Shown piece after piece: positions 49,302 to 60,379 of a stretch of DNA of 64,000 bases. Origin of the DNA: an uncultured Actinomycetes bacterium (GTDB taxonomy: Bacteria > Actinomycetota > Thermoleophilia > Gaiellales > JALYLC01); the NCBI GenBank assembly GCA_963705965.1, contig CAVPLI010000001.1:422947-486946 (forward strand), in the 5' to 3' direction. Within the stretch, counting starts at the first letter, position 1. Each line of letters opens with the position of its first letter. The notes below the pieces were generated by a model. It made no database searches. It saw only the letters and a list, made by a program, of their open reading frames with translations, and had not been told where the DNA came from. The position numbers were made by a program, and so were the translations under genes.

Positions 49302-52300
49302 GGGCGCCTTCGAGCTCGGGATCGCGCTCGGCGGCGATGCGCAGCAGGTCGTGCGGCATCACCTCGACGAACTGTGTCACGGTCGTGTCCCAGTCTGCGA
49401 GCATCGCGGCCGCGACGTCGCTGCCGGTGAGCTCGCCGTGGCGCTCGACCAGCCAGCGCAGCCGGCTGTCGTCGCTGACCGGGCGCAGCGCGACCATGTC
49501 GCTGTTGACCCGGCGCGCGTTCTCGCCGTCGGGATCCCAGAGGTAGGCGATACCGCCCGACATGCCGGCCGCGAAGTTGCGGCCGACCGGGCCGAGCACG
49601 GCGACGAGGCCGCCGGTCATGTACTCGCAGCCGTGGCGCCCGAGGCCCTCGACGACGGCCGTCGCGCCCGAGTTGCGCACCGCGAAGCGCTCACCCGCGC
49701 GCCCGCGCACGTAGAGCTCGCCGGAGGTCGCGCCGTACAGCGTCGTGTTGCCGACGGCGATGCTGCTGGTCGGGTCGTAGCCCGCGTTGGCCGGCGGCCG
49801 CACGACGATGCGCGCGCCCGAGAGGCCCTTGCCGGCGTAGTCGTTGGCCTGGCCCTCGAGATCGAGCACGAGGCCGCGCATGCCGAAGGCGCCGAGGCTC
49901 TGCCCGGCGGTGCCCCGCAGTCGCAGCGTGAGCGCCCCGTCGGCCAGCGCGTCGGGTCCGAGGCGGCGCACGATCTCGCCCGAGATCAGCGCGCCGATCG
50001 CGCGGTCGGTGTTGCGCACCGGGCGCTCGAACGTCAGCAGCTCGCCGCGCGCCAGCGCGTCGCCGGCCAGGGCGAGCACCTCGCGATCGAGCGGGGCGCC
50101 GGGCGCCTCGCCCGGCACGCCGGCGAAGCGCGAGGACGACCCCTCGGGCCCGACCGCCGTGGAGAGCAGCGCGTTGAGGTCGATGCCGGCGCCGCCGTCG
50201 CTCTGCCTGGCGCGCGAGATCGGTGCGGCCGACGAGATCCTCGAAGCGCCGCACGCCGAGCTGCGCCATGAGCTCGCGCACCTCCTCGGCGACGAACAGC
50301 AGGTACTGCACGACGTGCTCCGGCGTGCCGGCGAAGCGCCGGCGCAGCTCGGGATCCTGCGTCGCGATGCCCACCGGGCAGGTGTTGAGGTGGCAGACGC
50401 GCATCATGATGCAGCCCGCGGCGACCAGCGGAGCGGTCGAGAAGCCGAACTCCTCGGCGCCGAGCAGGGCGCCGACGATGACGTCGCGCCCGGTGCGCAG
50501 GCCGCCGTCGACCTGGAGCCGCACGCGCCCGCGCAGCGCGTTGCCGACGAGCACCTGCTGCGTCTCGGCGAGGCCGAGCTCCCAGGGCACGCCGGCGTGC
50601 CGGATCGACGACGTCGGCGAGGCGCCCGTGCCGCCGTCCATGCCGGCGATCACGATGTGGTCGGCGCCGGCCTTGGCGACGCCCGCGGCCACGGTGCCCA
50701 CGCCCGCGAGCGCGACGAGCTTGACGCTGATCTCGGCCGTCGGGTTGACGCAGCGCAGGTCGTGGATCAGCTGCGCGAGATCCTCGATCGAGTAGATGTC
50801 GTGGTGCGGCGGCGGCGAGATCAGGCCCACGCCCGGCGTCGAGTGGCGCAGGCGCGCGATCTCGACGTCGACCTTGTGACCCGGCAGCTGGCCGCCCTCG
50901 CCCGGCTTGGCACCCTGCGAGACCTTGATCTGGAGCACGTCGGCGTCGACCAGGTAGGCGGTCGTCACGCCGAAGCGCGCCGAGGCCACCTGCTTGATCG
51001 CCGAGCGCCGCGAGTCGCCGTTGGCGTCGATCTCCGAGCGCCGCGCGTCCTCGCCGCCCTCGCCGCTGTTGGAGCGGCCGCCGAGGCGGTTGAGCGCGAT
51101 CGCGAGCGTCTCGTGGGCCTCCTTCGAGATCGATCCGAGCGACATCGCGCCCGACGCGAAGCGCTTCACGATCTCGCTCGAGGGCTCGACCTCGTCGAGC
51201 GGCACGGGCTCGCCCGCCGGGACGAGCTCCATCAGGCCGCGCAGTGCACCGCCGAGCCGGTTCTCCTCGTCGGCGGCCTTCGCGAACGCGCTGTAGCTCT
51301 CGGGGCGCTCGTCGCGCACGGCGCGCTGCAGCGCGGTGATGACCTCGGGGTTCCAGACGTGGCGCTCTCCGCGCAGGCGGTAGGCGTAGACGCCGCCCGG
51401 GTCGAGCTCGCCGCCGGCCAGCGCATGCTCGTGGCGGCGCCGGACGTCCTCGGCGATCCCGTCGAGGCCGATGCCGCCGACACGCGAGGGCGTGCCGGTG
51501 AAGTAGCGGGCGACGACGTCGGCCGAGAGGCCGACGCACTCGAACAGCTGCGCGCCGCGGTAGGACATCACCGTCGAGACGCCCATCTTGGAGAGCACCT
51601 TGAGCAGGCCCTTGCCGACCGCCTGCACGTAGCGCGACTGGGCGCCCTCGGCGGTCTCGGAGCCGACCTCGCCGGCGGCCCACTGGGCGGCGACGAGGTC
51701 GAGCGCGACGTACGGGTTGACGGCGGCGGCTCCGAAGCCGACGAGCAGCGCGAAGTCCATGACCTCTCGCGGCTCGCCGGACTCCACGATCAGGCCGCAC
51801 TTGGTGCGCCAGCCCTCGCGCACGAGGTGGCTGTGCACGGCGGCGGTGGCGAGCAGGGCGGGAATGGGCGCGGCCTCCGGCGGGCCGGCCGAGCGATCGG
51901 AGAGCACGAGGATCTCCTCGCCCAGCGCGATCGCGCGCGAGGCGCGGCGGCACAGCGCGTCGAGCGCGCGCTCCAGCGCACGGCCGCCGCCGCGCGCGTC
52001 GAACGTGCAGTCGAGCGTGACGGTGCGGAAGCGGTCGCGCGGCAGGGCACGCAGCTTCGCCAGGTCGCCGCTCGTCAGCACCGGCTGCGCCATCGCCAGC
52101 CGCCGGGCGTGATCCGGCGACTCGTCGAGCAGGTTGCCCTGGGCGCCGACGGCCGTGCGCAGGCTCATCACGAGCGTCTCGCGCTGCGGATCGATGGCCG
52201 GGTTCGTGACCTGGGCGAAGAGCTGCTTGAAGAAGCCGCGCAGCAGCCGCGGGCGGCGCGAGAGCGCGGCCAGCGGCGTGTCCACGCCCATCGAGGCGAG

Positions 52301-53778
52301 CGGCTCCTGGCCGTCGCGCGCCATCGGCGCGACGATGTCGCGGAGCTCCTCGTCGGTGTAGCCGAAGAGGCGCAGATCGCGCTCGAGCGCGTCCCGCGCC
52401 GGCGGCTCGACGGGCGGCGAGGGGATGTCCTCGAGATAGATCTTCTGCTCGTCGAGGAGGGCGCGGTAGGGGCGGCGGCGCGCGAGTGCGCGCTTGATCT
52501 CCTCGTCCCCGCGGATGCGCCCGGCGTCGGTGTCGACGATCAGCATCTGCCCGGGCCGCAGGCGGTCGTTGACGACGACCTCGGCCGGATCGAGGTCGAG
52601 GACGCCGGCCTCGGACGCGAGCACGAGCAGCCCGTCGCGCGTGACCTGGTAGCGGCACGGGCGCAGGCCGTTGCGGTCGAGCGTCGCGCCCGCCTGGCGC
52701 CCGTCGCAGAACGCGATCGCAGCCGGGCCGTCCCACGGCTCGAGCATGCCCGCGTGGAACTCGTAGAACGCGCGCAGGTCGTCGGGCATCGGGGTCGCCT
52801 GGCTCCAGGCGGCCGGGATCAGCATCGCGAGCGCGTGCGCGGGCGCGCGGCCCGCGAGCACGAGCAGCTCGAAGGCGGCGTCGAGCGCGGCCGAGTCGCT
52901 CCAGCGCTCGTCGATCAGCGGGAACAGCTTCGGGAGGTCGTCGCCGAGCTGGGCGGAGCGCAGCTGCGGCTCGCGCGCGTGCATCCACTGCGTGTTGCCG
53001 CGCACGGTGTTGATCTCGCCGTTGTGCGCCAGGTAGTGGAACGGGTGCGCGAGATCCCACGATCCCGAGCGTGTTCGTCGAGAAGCGCGAGTGCACGAGC
53101 GCCATCGCGGTCTCGATCTCCGGCTCGCGCAGGTCGGCGTAGTAGGCCGGGAGCTGGCGGGCGGTGAGCAGGCCCTTGTAGGTCAGCGTGCTGCTCGAGA
53201 ACGACGCGATGTGGAACGTCGCCTCGGGCACGCGCCGCGCGGCGGCGGCGAGCTCGACGCGGCGGCGGATGACCGTGAGCTTGCGGCTGAACGCGCGCTC
53301 GTCGCCCGTCGGGCCCTGCGCGACGAGCAGCTGGCGCATCACGGGCTCGCTCTCGCGCGCGAGCCGGCCGATCGCGCTGGAGTCGCGCGGCACGTCGCGC
53401 CAGCCGAGCGGGCTGCTGCCCCTCCTCGACGGCGATCCGCACGCACAGCTCCTCGCAGCGCAGGCGCAGCGCCGGATCGTTCGGGAGGAAGCACATCGCG
53501 ACGGCGTAGTGGCCGGGCGGCGGCAGCTCGAGCTCGAGCTCGGCACGCGCGAAGCGGCGCAGCAGCCGGTCCGGCACCTGCAGCATCAGCCCGGCGCCGT
53601 CGCCCGTGTCGGGATCGGCCCCGCGCGCCCCGCGGTGCTCCATCGCGGCCAGCATCGCCAGCGCGCGCTCGACCATCTCGCGGCTGCGCATGCCGTCGGC
53701 ACGCGCGATCAGGCCGAGGCCGCACGCATCGTGCTCGAAGCGACGATCGTAAAGGGGGTTCTGGTCGAGCGCCTGCAC
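49294..53778 (-). CDS. gltB: Glutamate synthase large subunit; frameshifts near 53410, 53060 and 50200
   Basis: [52 protein letters not shown]. Confidence 0.96.
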
Positions 53779-53829
53779 GAATCCAGAGTACCAGAGGATT
53801 GAACCAAAGGAGTCGCCAACTGGTGAAGG

Positions 53830-53849
53830 AGTGAATCAAATGATTCACT
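53830..53849. promoter_or_regulatory. AT-rich palindrome, candidate operator upstream of gltB
   Basis: AGTGAATCA-AA-TGATTCACT. Confidence 0.6.
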
Positions 53850-53932
53850 AAGGCTTGAGAAGCCCGCCGAACGTGAGTGCGGCCAAGTGGCACACGCGGC
53901 GAGTGCCACTTGGCCGGGCTAGGCTGCCGGGC

Positions 53933-54421
53933 GTGAGTCTGATCGACACGGGATGGGCGGCATGGCTGCCGTTCGAGTTGACTGCGGCGCTCGAGGCGCT
54001 GTCGGGCGGGTCGCCTGCGCGGCGGGCGTTCCGGCAGCAGCTGGCGGCTGAGCGCGATGAGGAGTCGCGGGAGCGCTGGGAGCGGTTCCGGCTCGTCGCG
54101 CCCTCGCGGGTCGACGTGCCGATCGACGGCGACGGACTGACCGAGGAGGAGTGCTACGCGCTGCTCGAGGGGCTCGGGCTCGTGGCGGGGACTCCGCCGC
54201 GGCCGATCGAGCCCGAGGCGGTCGAGCTCGTGCTGACGCTGGACGAGGACGACCGGCGCGAGCTGGACCGCATCCGCTCGGCGCGCGATGCGGGCGCGGC
54301 GACGACGCCGACCGAGGCGCTGCCGTCGCTCAAGGCCGCGTTCGGCGGTGGCGATGTCGGGCGCAACGATCCCTGCCCGTGTGGCTCGGGCCAGAAGTTC
54401 AAGCGCTGCCACGGCCGCTGA
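53933..54421 (+). CDS. SEC-C motif-containing protein
   Basis: C-terminal [25 protein letters not shown] 7 nt before GTG. Confidence 0.82.
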   Translation: MSLIDTGWAAWLPFELTAALEALSGGSPARRAFRQQLAAERDEESRERWERFRLVAPSRVDVPIDGDGLTEEECYALLEGLGLVAGTPPRPIEPEAVELVLTLDEDDRRELDRIRSARDAGAATTPTEALPSLKAAFGGGDVGRNDPCPCGSGQKFKRCHGR

Positions 54422-54427
54422 GCCGAT

Positions 54428-54781
54428 CTAGCGCTGCTCTGACAGCTCCCCGGCGGTGAGCAGCGCGGCCGACGCGACGAAGAAGATCGCGCCCCACCAC
54501 GGCAGGCCGGCCCACACCAGCAGCAGCGATGCCGCGGCGACGAGCGCGAGCTTCGCGACGAGGCGGGCGGGGTGGCCGAGACGGCGTTGAGCGCGCGGCG
54601 CGAGCAGCAGCCCCCAGACGACGGCGCCGGCGAGTGGGAGGGCGGCGGCCAGCGCGATGCTCGCGATCGCCCCGTCGGCCAGGCGCGCTCCGGCGACCGC
54701 GAACGCGGCCAGCAAGACGAGCTCGTCCAGGAAGACAGCGACCTGCAACACGCCGACGTCCTGCGGGTCATGGGCGGCCAC
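54428..54781 (-). CDS. YrdB/DUF2568-like membrane protein
   Basis: FLDEL...WGLLLAPRA; 4 TM. Confidence 0.7.
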   Translation of the reverse strand: MAAHDPQDVGVLQVAVFLDELVLLAAFAVAGARLADGAIASIALAAALPLAGAVVWGLLLAPRAQRRLGHPARLVAKLALVAAASLLLVWAGLPWWGAIFFVASAALLTAGELSEQR

Positions 54782-54809
54782 GTGGGCACCGTAGCCCTAT
54801 CCTGCGCTC

Positions 54810-55097
54810 ATGCTCGACCTGCGTTACGACCCGGTGTCCCGTTCCGGCTACGTCCGCCTCCGTCAGGGGAAGGTGGCGCGCACGCGCGAGCTGTCGCCCA
54901 CGGCCAACGGCGAATACGACTCGCGCGACCGGCTCGTGGCGATCCAGATCACCGACCTCGACGAGACCGCGGCGGAGTTCCTGCGCACGGCCGACGAGGA
55001 GACGCTGCTGCGCGTGATCCGCGAGCAGGCCGGGCGCCGCAAGGCCGGCAGCCAGCCGCCGCCCAGTGCGGTGCGCGAGCCGCGCCGCGGGCGCTGA
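54810..55097 (+). CDS. DUF2283-like small protein
   Basis: YDPVSRSGYVRL...EYDSRDRLVAIQI. Confidence 0.65.
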   Translation: MLDLRYDPVSRSGYVRLRQGKVARTRELSPTANGEYDSRDRLVAIQITDLDETAAEFLRTADEETLLRVIREQAGRRKAGSQPPPSAVREPRRGR

Positions 55098-55118
55098 GGC
55101 ACGCCTCCCGGCCCGCGC

Positions 55119-55538
55119 CTAGGCGGGGGCCGACGGCTCTTCCGAGGCGCGCTGCTCTCCCTCGATCAGGTCGAGCTCCGCGCGCACGATCTCCATCGCG
55201 ACGGACGCCCTCGGGAATCCGGCGTACACCGCGAGCAACGTCACGAGCGCCTCGAGCTCCTCGCGGCTCGAGCCGTGCTCGATGGCCCAGCGGACGTGCC
55301 CGGGGAGGCGGCTGTCGACGCCTCCCTGCGTCGCCAGCGCAGCGATGACGATGAGGCTGCGGTCGCGCAGCGACAGCGCGTCCTCGGGCCACGCTCCTCC
55401 GGCGGAGTTGATCGCCTCCGTGCCGAAGCGCTCTCCGAAGCGCTCCGCGAACCACGCGGGCACCTGATCGCGATCGATCCCGAACTGACTCGCGTAGGCG
55501 TCGAGGCCCTTCTCGTACCGGTCGTCAGACGATCCCAC
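55119..55538 (-). CDS. Carboxymuconolactone decarboxylase family protein
   Basis: LSLRDRSLIVIAAL, HVRWAIEHG, YAGFP. Confidence 0.88.
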   Translation of the reverse strand: MGSSDDRYEKGLDAYASQFGIDRDQVPAWFAERFGERFGTEAINSAGGAWPEDALSLRDRSLIVIAALATQGGVDSRLPGHVRWAIEHGSSREELEALVTLLAVYAGFPRASVAMEIVRAELDLIEGEQRASEEPSAPA

Positions 55539-55559
55539 GCGCCGGGAGTCTAGGAGGTT

Positions 55560-55964
55560 CTAGTCCCCGAACGGCAGCGGCTCGTCGGAATGGATGACGA
55601 AGAGCTTCACGTAGGTCTCCTCGATGTCCCAGACATCCTCGCCGCCGGGCGGGAAATAGCAGAAGTCCCCGGCCTTCAGCTCGTACGGCGGGCCGTCGGC
55701 GGGGCGGCAGGTGATGCGGCCCGCGAGGAAGTACAGGGTCTCGCCGATGTGGGTCCCGGTCAGCCGCGACGGGCCGAGGCGCTCGACTCCCACGGCGACG
55801 CGCCGGTCGTCCGAGAGATACAGGAGCTTGACCGCGAAGTCGACGTTCTCGCCGGTGACCGTGACGCCCCATTCACCGGTCGGAAGCGGCTGCGGCTCGA
55901 GGTCGAGGCTCTCGAGATCGGCGACGTTCTGAACGTAGTGCGTGAACAGCTCGTTCGGATTCAT
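55560..55964 (-). CDS. Cupin domain protein (DUF861/EutQ-like)
   Basis: ETLYFLAGRI...LKAGD..YFPPG...WDIEE..VK. Confidence 0.8.
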   Translation of the reverse strand: MNPNELFTHYVQNVADLESLDLEPQPLPTGEWGVTVTGENVDFAVKLLYLSDDRRVAVGVERLGPSRLTGTHIGETLYFLAGRITCRPADGPPYELKAGDFCYFPPGGEDVWDIEETYVKLFVIHSDEPLPFGD

Positions 55965-56028
55965 CCGGCAACGATAGTGCGCGAGCGTGCGAAAGCCCAG
56001 CCGGGCGCGGATCGAGCATGATTCGCCG

Positions 56029-56457
56029 ATGTCCGCGCTCTTCCACGGCTCGACGGTCGTCGTCGCGGTTCCCGCGGAGACCGCGTTCGCGTATCTCTCG
56101 GACGGCCTCAAGCAGAGCGAATGGGCGCTCGGCAGCTGGCACCGCGAGAAGATCGGCGAGCAGCTGTTCCGCGGAACGTCGCTGTTCGACGGCAGCGAGG
56201 CGTTCATCCGCATCAGCGCGGACGAGAGCCTGTTGCTGGTCGACTACGCCGTCGGCCCGTCGCTCGAGCAGATGCCGCGCGTGAACTCCGCTCGCGTCGT
56301 GCCCGGCCCGCTGCTCGGCTACCCCGCGGACAGCTGCGTGGTGACGCTGATGAAGTGGAGGACGGCCGGCCAGAGCGACGCGCTCTGGGAGCGCGGCTGC
56401 GTCACGTTCGACACCGAGATCCACATGATCAAGGGCCGGCTCGAGGTCGGGTTCTAG
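56029..56457 (+). CDS. SRPBCC/START-like protein
   Basis: VPAETAFAYLSD...WALG...EIHMIK.RLE. Confidence 0.65.
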   Translation: MSALFHGSTVVVAVPAETAFAYLSDGLKQSEWALGSWHREKIGEQLFRGTSLFDGSEAFIRISADESLLLVDYAVGPSLEQMPRVNSARVVPGPLLGYPADSCVVTLMKWRTAGQSDALWERGCVTFDTEIHMIKGRLEVGF

Positions 56458-56495
56458 ACCGGGCGCCGGGCCCGCTCCGAGGGAGGAAGAAGTCG

Positions 56496-57287
56496 ATGGC
56501 AGCTGCCGTGCACCGCTCGTTCGTCGCCGTTCCGGCCGGCACGATCCACGTCGCCCAGGCCGGCGCGGGCGCGCCGATCGTCCTGCTCCACCAGACGCCG
56601 CGCTCGTGGGACGAGTTCCGCGACGTCGTGCCGATCCTGGGCGAGCGGTTCCACGCGATCGCGATCGACACCATCGGGTTCGGCGACTCCTCCAAGCCCG
56701 GCTGGGCCGAGGACACGATCGAGCTCTGGGCCGAGGCGACGATCGGCGTGCTCGACGCGCTCGGCATCGAGCGGGCGACGTTCGCCGGCCACCACACCGG
56801 ATCCGTCACCGCGATGGAGATCGCCGCGTCCTATCCCGACCGGGTCGACAAGCTGATCCTCTCGGCGCCGGCGTTCGTGGACGACGAGCATCGCGAGCTC
56901 TACGGCGAGAAGCCGCCGGTCGACGACGTCGAGTACCGGCTCGACGGCACGCATCTCGTCGAGCTCTGGACGATGCGCGCCCCGTTCTACCCGAAGGACG
57001 TGGATCTGCTCAACCGCTTCATCGTCGATGCGCTGAAGGCCGGCGACCGGGCCGGGGGCGGGCACCTGACGGTGGCGCGCTACCGCATGGAGGAGAAGCT
57101 GCCGCTGATCAAGGCGCCCACGCTGATCATCTCGCCGAGCGAGGATCCGTTCGCGGCGCCCGAGACCGAGAAGCTGCGGCCGCACCTGCCGGGGGCGCAG
57201 GTGGTCGACCTGCCCGGCGGCATGATCCCGGCGCCCGACCAGCTGCCCGCGGAGTGGGCCCGGCTGGTCGCCGATTTCATGGACTGA
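56496..57287 (+). CDS. Alpha/beta hydrolase-fold protein with GHHTG elbow
   Basis: LLHQTPRS, DTIGFGDS, AGHHTG, PTLII; GGAGG RBS. Confidence 0.88.
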   Translation: MAAAVHRSFVAVPAGTIHVAQAGAGAPIVLLHQTPRSWDEFRDVVPILGERFHAIAIDTIGFGDSSKPGWAEDTIELWAEATIGVLDALGIERATFAGHHTGSVTAMEIAASYPDRVDKLILSAPAFVDDEHRELYGEKPPVDDVEYRLDGTHLVELWTMRAPFYPKDVDLLNRFIVDALKAGDRAGGGHLTVARYRMEEKLPLIKAPTLIISPSEDPFAAPETEKLRPHLPGAQVVDLPGGMIPAPDQLPAEWARLVADFMD

Positions 57288-57296
57288 CGCGCAGCG

Positions 57297-59313
57297 TCAG
57301 AGGCTGCGCGCGAGCAGCTCGGCCTCGTGGATCACGGCCTCGGTGGTGCGCGGCGAGCGCGCATCGCCGACGAGCTCCACGCGCGGCACCCTCGACTCCA
57401 GCGCGCGGTGGAGATGGACGCGCGGGACTCGCCGCTGGGCGAGCACCACCGTGTCGACGCCGTCGAGCTCCCAGCCCTCGCCGCCGAGGCTGTCGTTGAC
57501 GACCACGCGCGAGCCCTCGATGCGGTCGATGTCGTGCAGCACCGTGAGCGTCACGCCGTTCTTCCGCAGGCGCGGGAGCAGGTGCTGCAGCTCGAGCTCC
57601 GAGGCGAGCTGCGGATTGCCGATCGAGCCCGAGGCCGAGACGAAGTGCACCTCGGCGCCCGCCGCCGCCAGCGCGTCGGCGAGGCCGAGCGCGGGATAGG
57701 CGCCGGTCTCGTCGGCGATCACGATGCGGTGCGCCGAGCGAGCGGACATCGTCACGCGCGCGCGCGAGGGCGGGCCCGAGACCCAGGACGTTCCGGCCGC
57801 CGATCACGGGGATCGACGCGCGATCGGGCCGGCGCGAGCTCGCGCCGCTCTCCTCCCAGTCCGCGCCCGTCGCGACGACGACCGCATCCGGCTGTGCGGC
57901 GATCAGCTCGTCCGGCGTCGGCTGACTCCGCAGGTGCAGCTTCGCGCCTGCCCGCTCGAGCGCCGCGACGAGATCCTCGATCGCGTGCGACCAGCGGTCG
58001 CGCGTCGGCAGCCAGGCCATGTCGCGCACGTGCCCGCCCGGCAGCTCGTCGCGCTCGTGCACGATGACCTCGTGCCCGCGCGCGGCCGCCGTCGCCGCGG
58101 TGCGCAGGCCGGCGGGACCGGCCCCGATCACGATCACCCTGCCCGGCGTCCGGGCCTGCTCGAGCGTGCCGTGCCCGAGCGTCGCCTCGCGGCCGGTGGC
58201 GGGCGTGAGCACGCACGTGACCTGCTGCGCGCGGAGCGCGCGCCCGACGCAGACGTTCGCGCCGATGCAGCGCGTGGTCTCGGCCTTGCGGCCCTCGCGC
58301 GCCTTGCGCACGAGGTGCGGGTCGGCGAGGTGCGCGCGCGTCATGCCGACGACGTCGGTCGAGCCGTCGGCCACCGCGCGCGCCGCCATGGCGAGGTCGA
58401 CGATGCGGCCCGCCACGAAGACGGCTGCGCGGTCGCCCACGAGCTGCTTCGCCCGGGCGGCGGCCGGGATCGGGTAGCCCTCGGGCACGGCCATCGACGA
58501 GATCGTGAGGTAGGCGGAGTGGCCGGCGCCGATCGAGAGGTCGTAGAAGTCGTAGACGCCGTCGGCCACGAGCACCTCGATCTGGGCGAGCGTGTCCTCG
58601 AGCGTGATGCCGGCGTCCCCCATGACCTCGTCGTAGGTGAGCGCGAGACCGACCGGATAGTCGTCGCCCACCTCGGCGCGCAGCGCGTGGCCGATCTCGA
58701 GCGCCAGCCGGCAGCGGTTCTCGACCGGGCCGCCGTACTCGTCGGTGCGCCGGTTGTAGAACGGGCTCAGGAACTGGCCGATCAGCCAGCCGTGCGAGCC
58801 GTGCACCTCGACGCCGTGCAGCCCCGCCGCCTTGACGTTCGCGGCCGACCGCGCGTAGTCGGCCACCACCTGGGCGATCTCGTCGCGGCTGAACGGCAGC
58901 GTGCTCTCGCCGCCCGCCATGCCGATGTCGGACGGCCCGCGGGCAGGGCCCCAGACATCCAGGCCGCCGGTGCTCGCAGCGGTCGCACCGCCGGCGACGA
59001 GCTGGCCGAAGAAGCGAGTGGGGTAGGGGTCGAGCGCTTCGCGAACCTGCGCGAGACGCTCGACCTGGCGCTCGTCGTGGGCCGAGATCGACGTCGGGAA
59101 CCCGGTGTCGCTGAGCGGCGTCGCGGTCAGCTGCTCGGTGAACATCAGCCCGACACCGCCGCGGGCGCGCTCGCGGTAGAAGTGCAGATGGCGCTCGTTG
59201 ACCATGCCGGCGACGCCGTACTGCACGGTCGTGGCGGTCGTCATGATGCGGTTCGGGAGCGTCGCGCCGCGCAGCTTCAGCGGCTGCCAGAGCACCTCGA
59301 GGTCGTCACTCAT
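57297..59313 (-). CDS. NADH:flavin oxidoreductase (OYE/TMADH/DgcA-like, FMN barrel plus FAD domain); one frameshift near 57745
   Basis: ERARGGVG, EVHGSHGWL, NRRTDEYGG, CIGANVC...C, GAGPAG. Confidence 0.9.
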
Positions 59314-60379
59314 CCGCGACCACCTGGCCTCCCGGCGTCGCCGGCGCGGCGGGCGGTCCCTTGCGCGACCAGAGGCTGGCGCCCTGTTGCTGCACCCGGT
59401 CGATCGCGATCGCGACGATCAGGATCGCGCCCGTGACGACCTGCTGCCAGAAGCTCTGGACGCCGGCGATCGCGAGGCCGTTCTGGAGCGTGCCGATGAA
59501 GAGCACTCCGACGGCGGTGCCCGACACGCCGCCGACGCCGCCGAGGAAGCTCGTGCCGCCGAGCAGTACCGCGGCGGCGGCGTTGAGCGGGATGTCCGCG
59601 CCGACCATCGGGCTTGCGGCACCGAGACGGCCGACCTGGATACAGCCCGCGATGCCCGCGCAGAGCCCCGCGATGCCGTACACGATGATCAGCGTCCTCG
59701 CGACGTTGATGCCCGAGAGCCGCGCGGCCTCGATGTTGCCGCCGACGGCGTAGACGTCTCTCCCGAAGTACGTCCAGCGCAGCACGACGAACGCGGCGAT
59801 GTACGTCCCGAGCATGATCCAGATCGGCGTCGGGATGCCGAGCCACTCGCCGAACCCGATGCTGCCGATGAACGTCGACGTGACGTACGTGGTCTGGGTG
59901 TGCGACCAGAGGCTGACGATGCCCTGGTAGAGCGAGAGCGTGCCCAGCGTCACGACGAAGAACGACAGGCCGACGCGCCCGATCAGGACGCCGTTCACGC
60001 CCGCCCCGATCAGCGCCGCGATCCCGATCGCCGCGAGCACGGCGAGCGGCGCAGGCAGGCCGACGTCGTTGAAGAGCTTGGAGAGGATGATGCCGGTCAG
60101 CGCGAGCAGCGAGCCGACCGACAGGTCGATGCCCGCGGTCAGCACCACGAACGTCATGCCGATCGAGACGACCCACAGGATCGAGACGCTCGTCAGCAGG
60201 TTCTCGACGTTCTGCTGCGTGAAGAAGTTGTCCTGGCTGGCCGAGAAGAAGATGAAGAGGCCGATCAGCAGCGTGAGCACCACGGCGTAGCGGTTGGCCG
60301 CCGACCACATGCCGGAGGCGTGGTCGAGCAGCCCCCGGCGGCGGCGGTCTTCCGGCTGGATGCTCGTGCTCGAATTCAC
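59306..60379 (-). CDS. Monosaccharide ABC permease (RbsC-like)
   Basis: GIDLSVGS, GGNIEAARLSGI, VLLGGTSFLGG. Confidence 0.92.
   Translation of the reverse strand: MNSSTSIQPEDRRRRGLLDHASGMWSAANRYAVVLTLLIGLFIFFSASQDNFFTQQNVENLLTSVSILWVVSIGMTFVVLTAGIDLSVGSLLALTGIILSKLFNDVGLPAPLAVLAAIGIAALIGAGVNGVLIGRVGLSFFVVTLGTLSLYQGIVSLWSHTQTTYVTSTFIGSIGFGEWLGIPTPIWIMLGTYIAAFVVLRWTYFGRDVYAVGGNIEAARLSGINVARTLIIVYGIAGLCAGIAGCIQVGRLGAASPMVGADIPLNAAAAVLLGGTSFLGGVGGVSGTAVGVLFIGTLQNGLAIAGVQSFWQQVVTGAILIVAIAIDRVQQQGASLWSRKGPPAAPATPGGQVVADE

Noticed and set aside
49294..53778. gltB (and sucA) as pseudogenes or programmed frameshifts
   Set aside because: Motifs are intact, there are no nonsense codons or slippery heptamers, and the window-wide single-base indel pattern points to sequencing error
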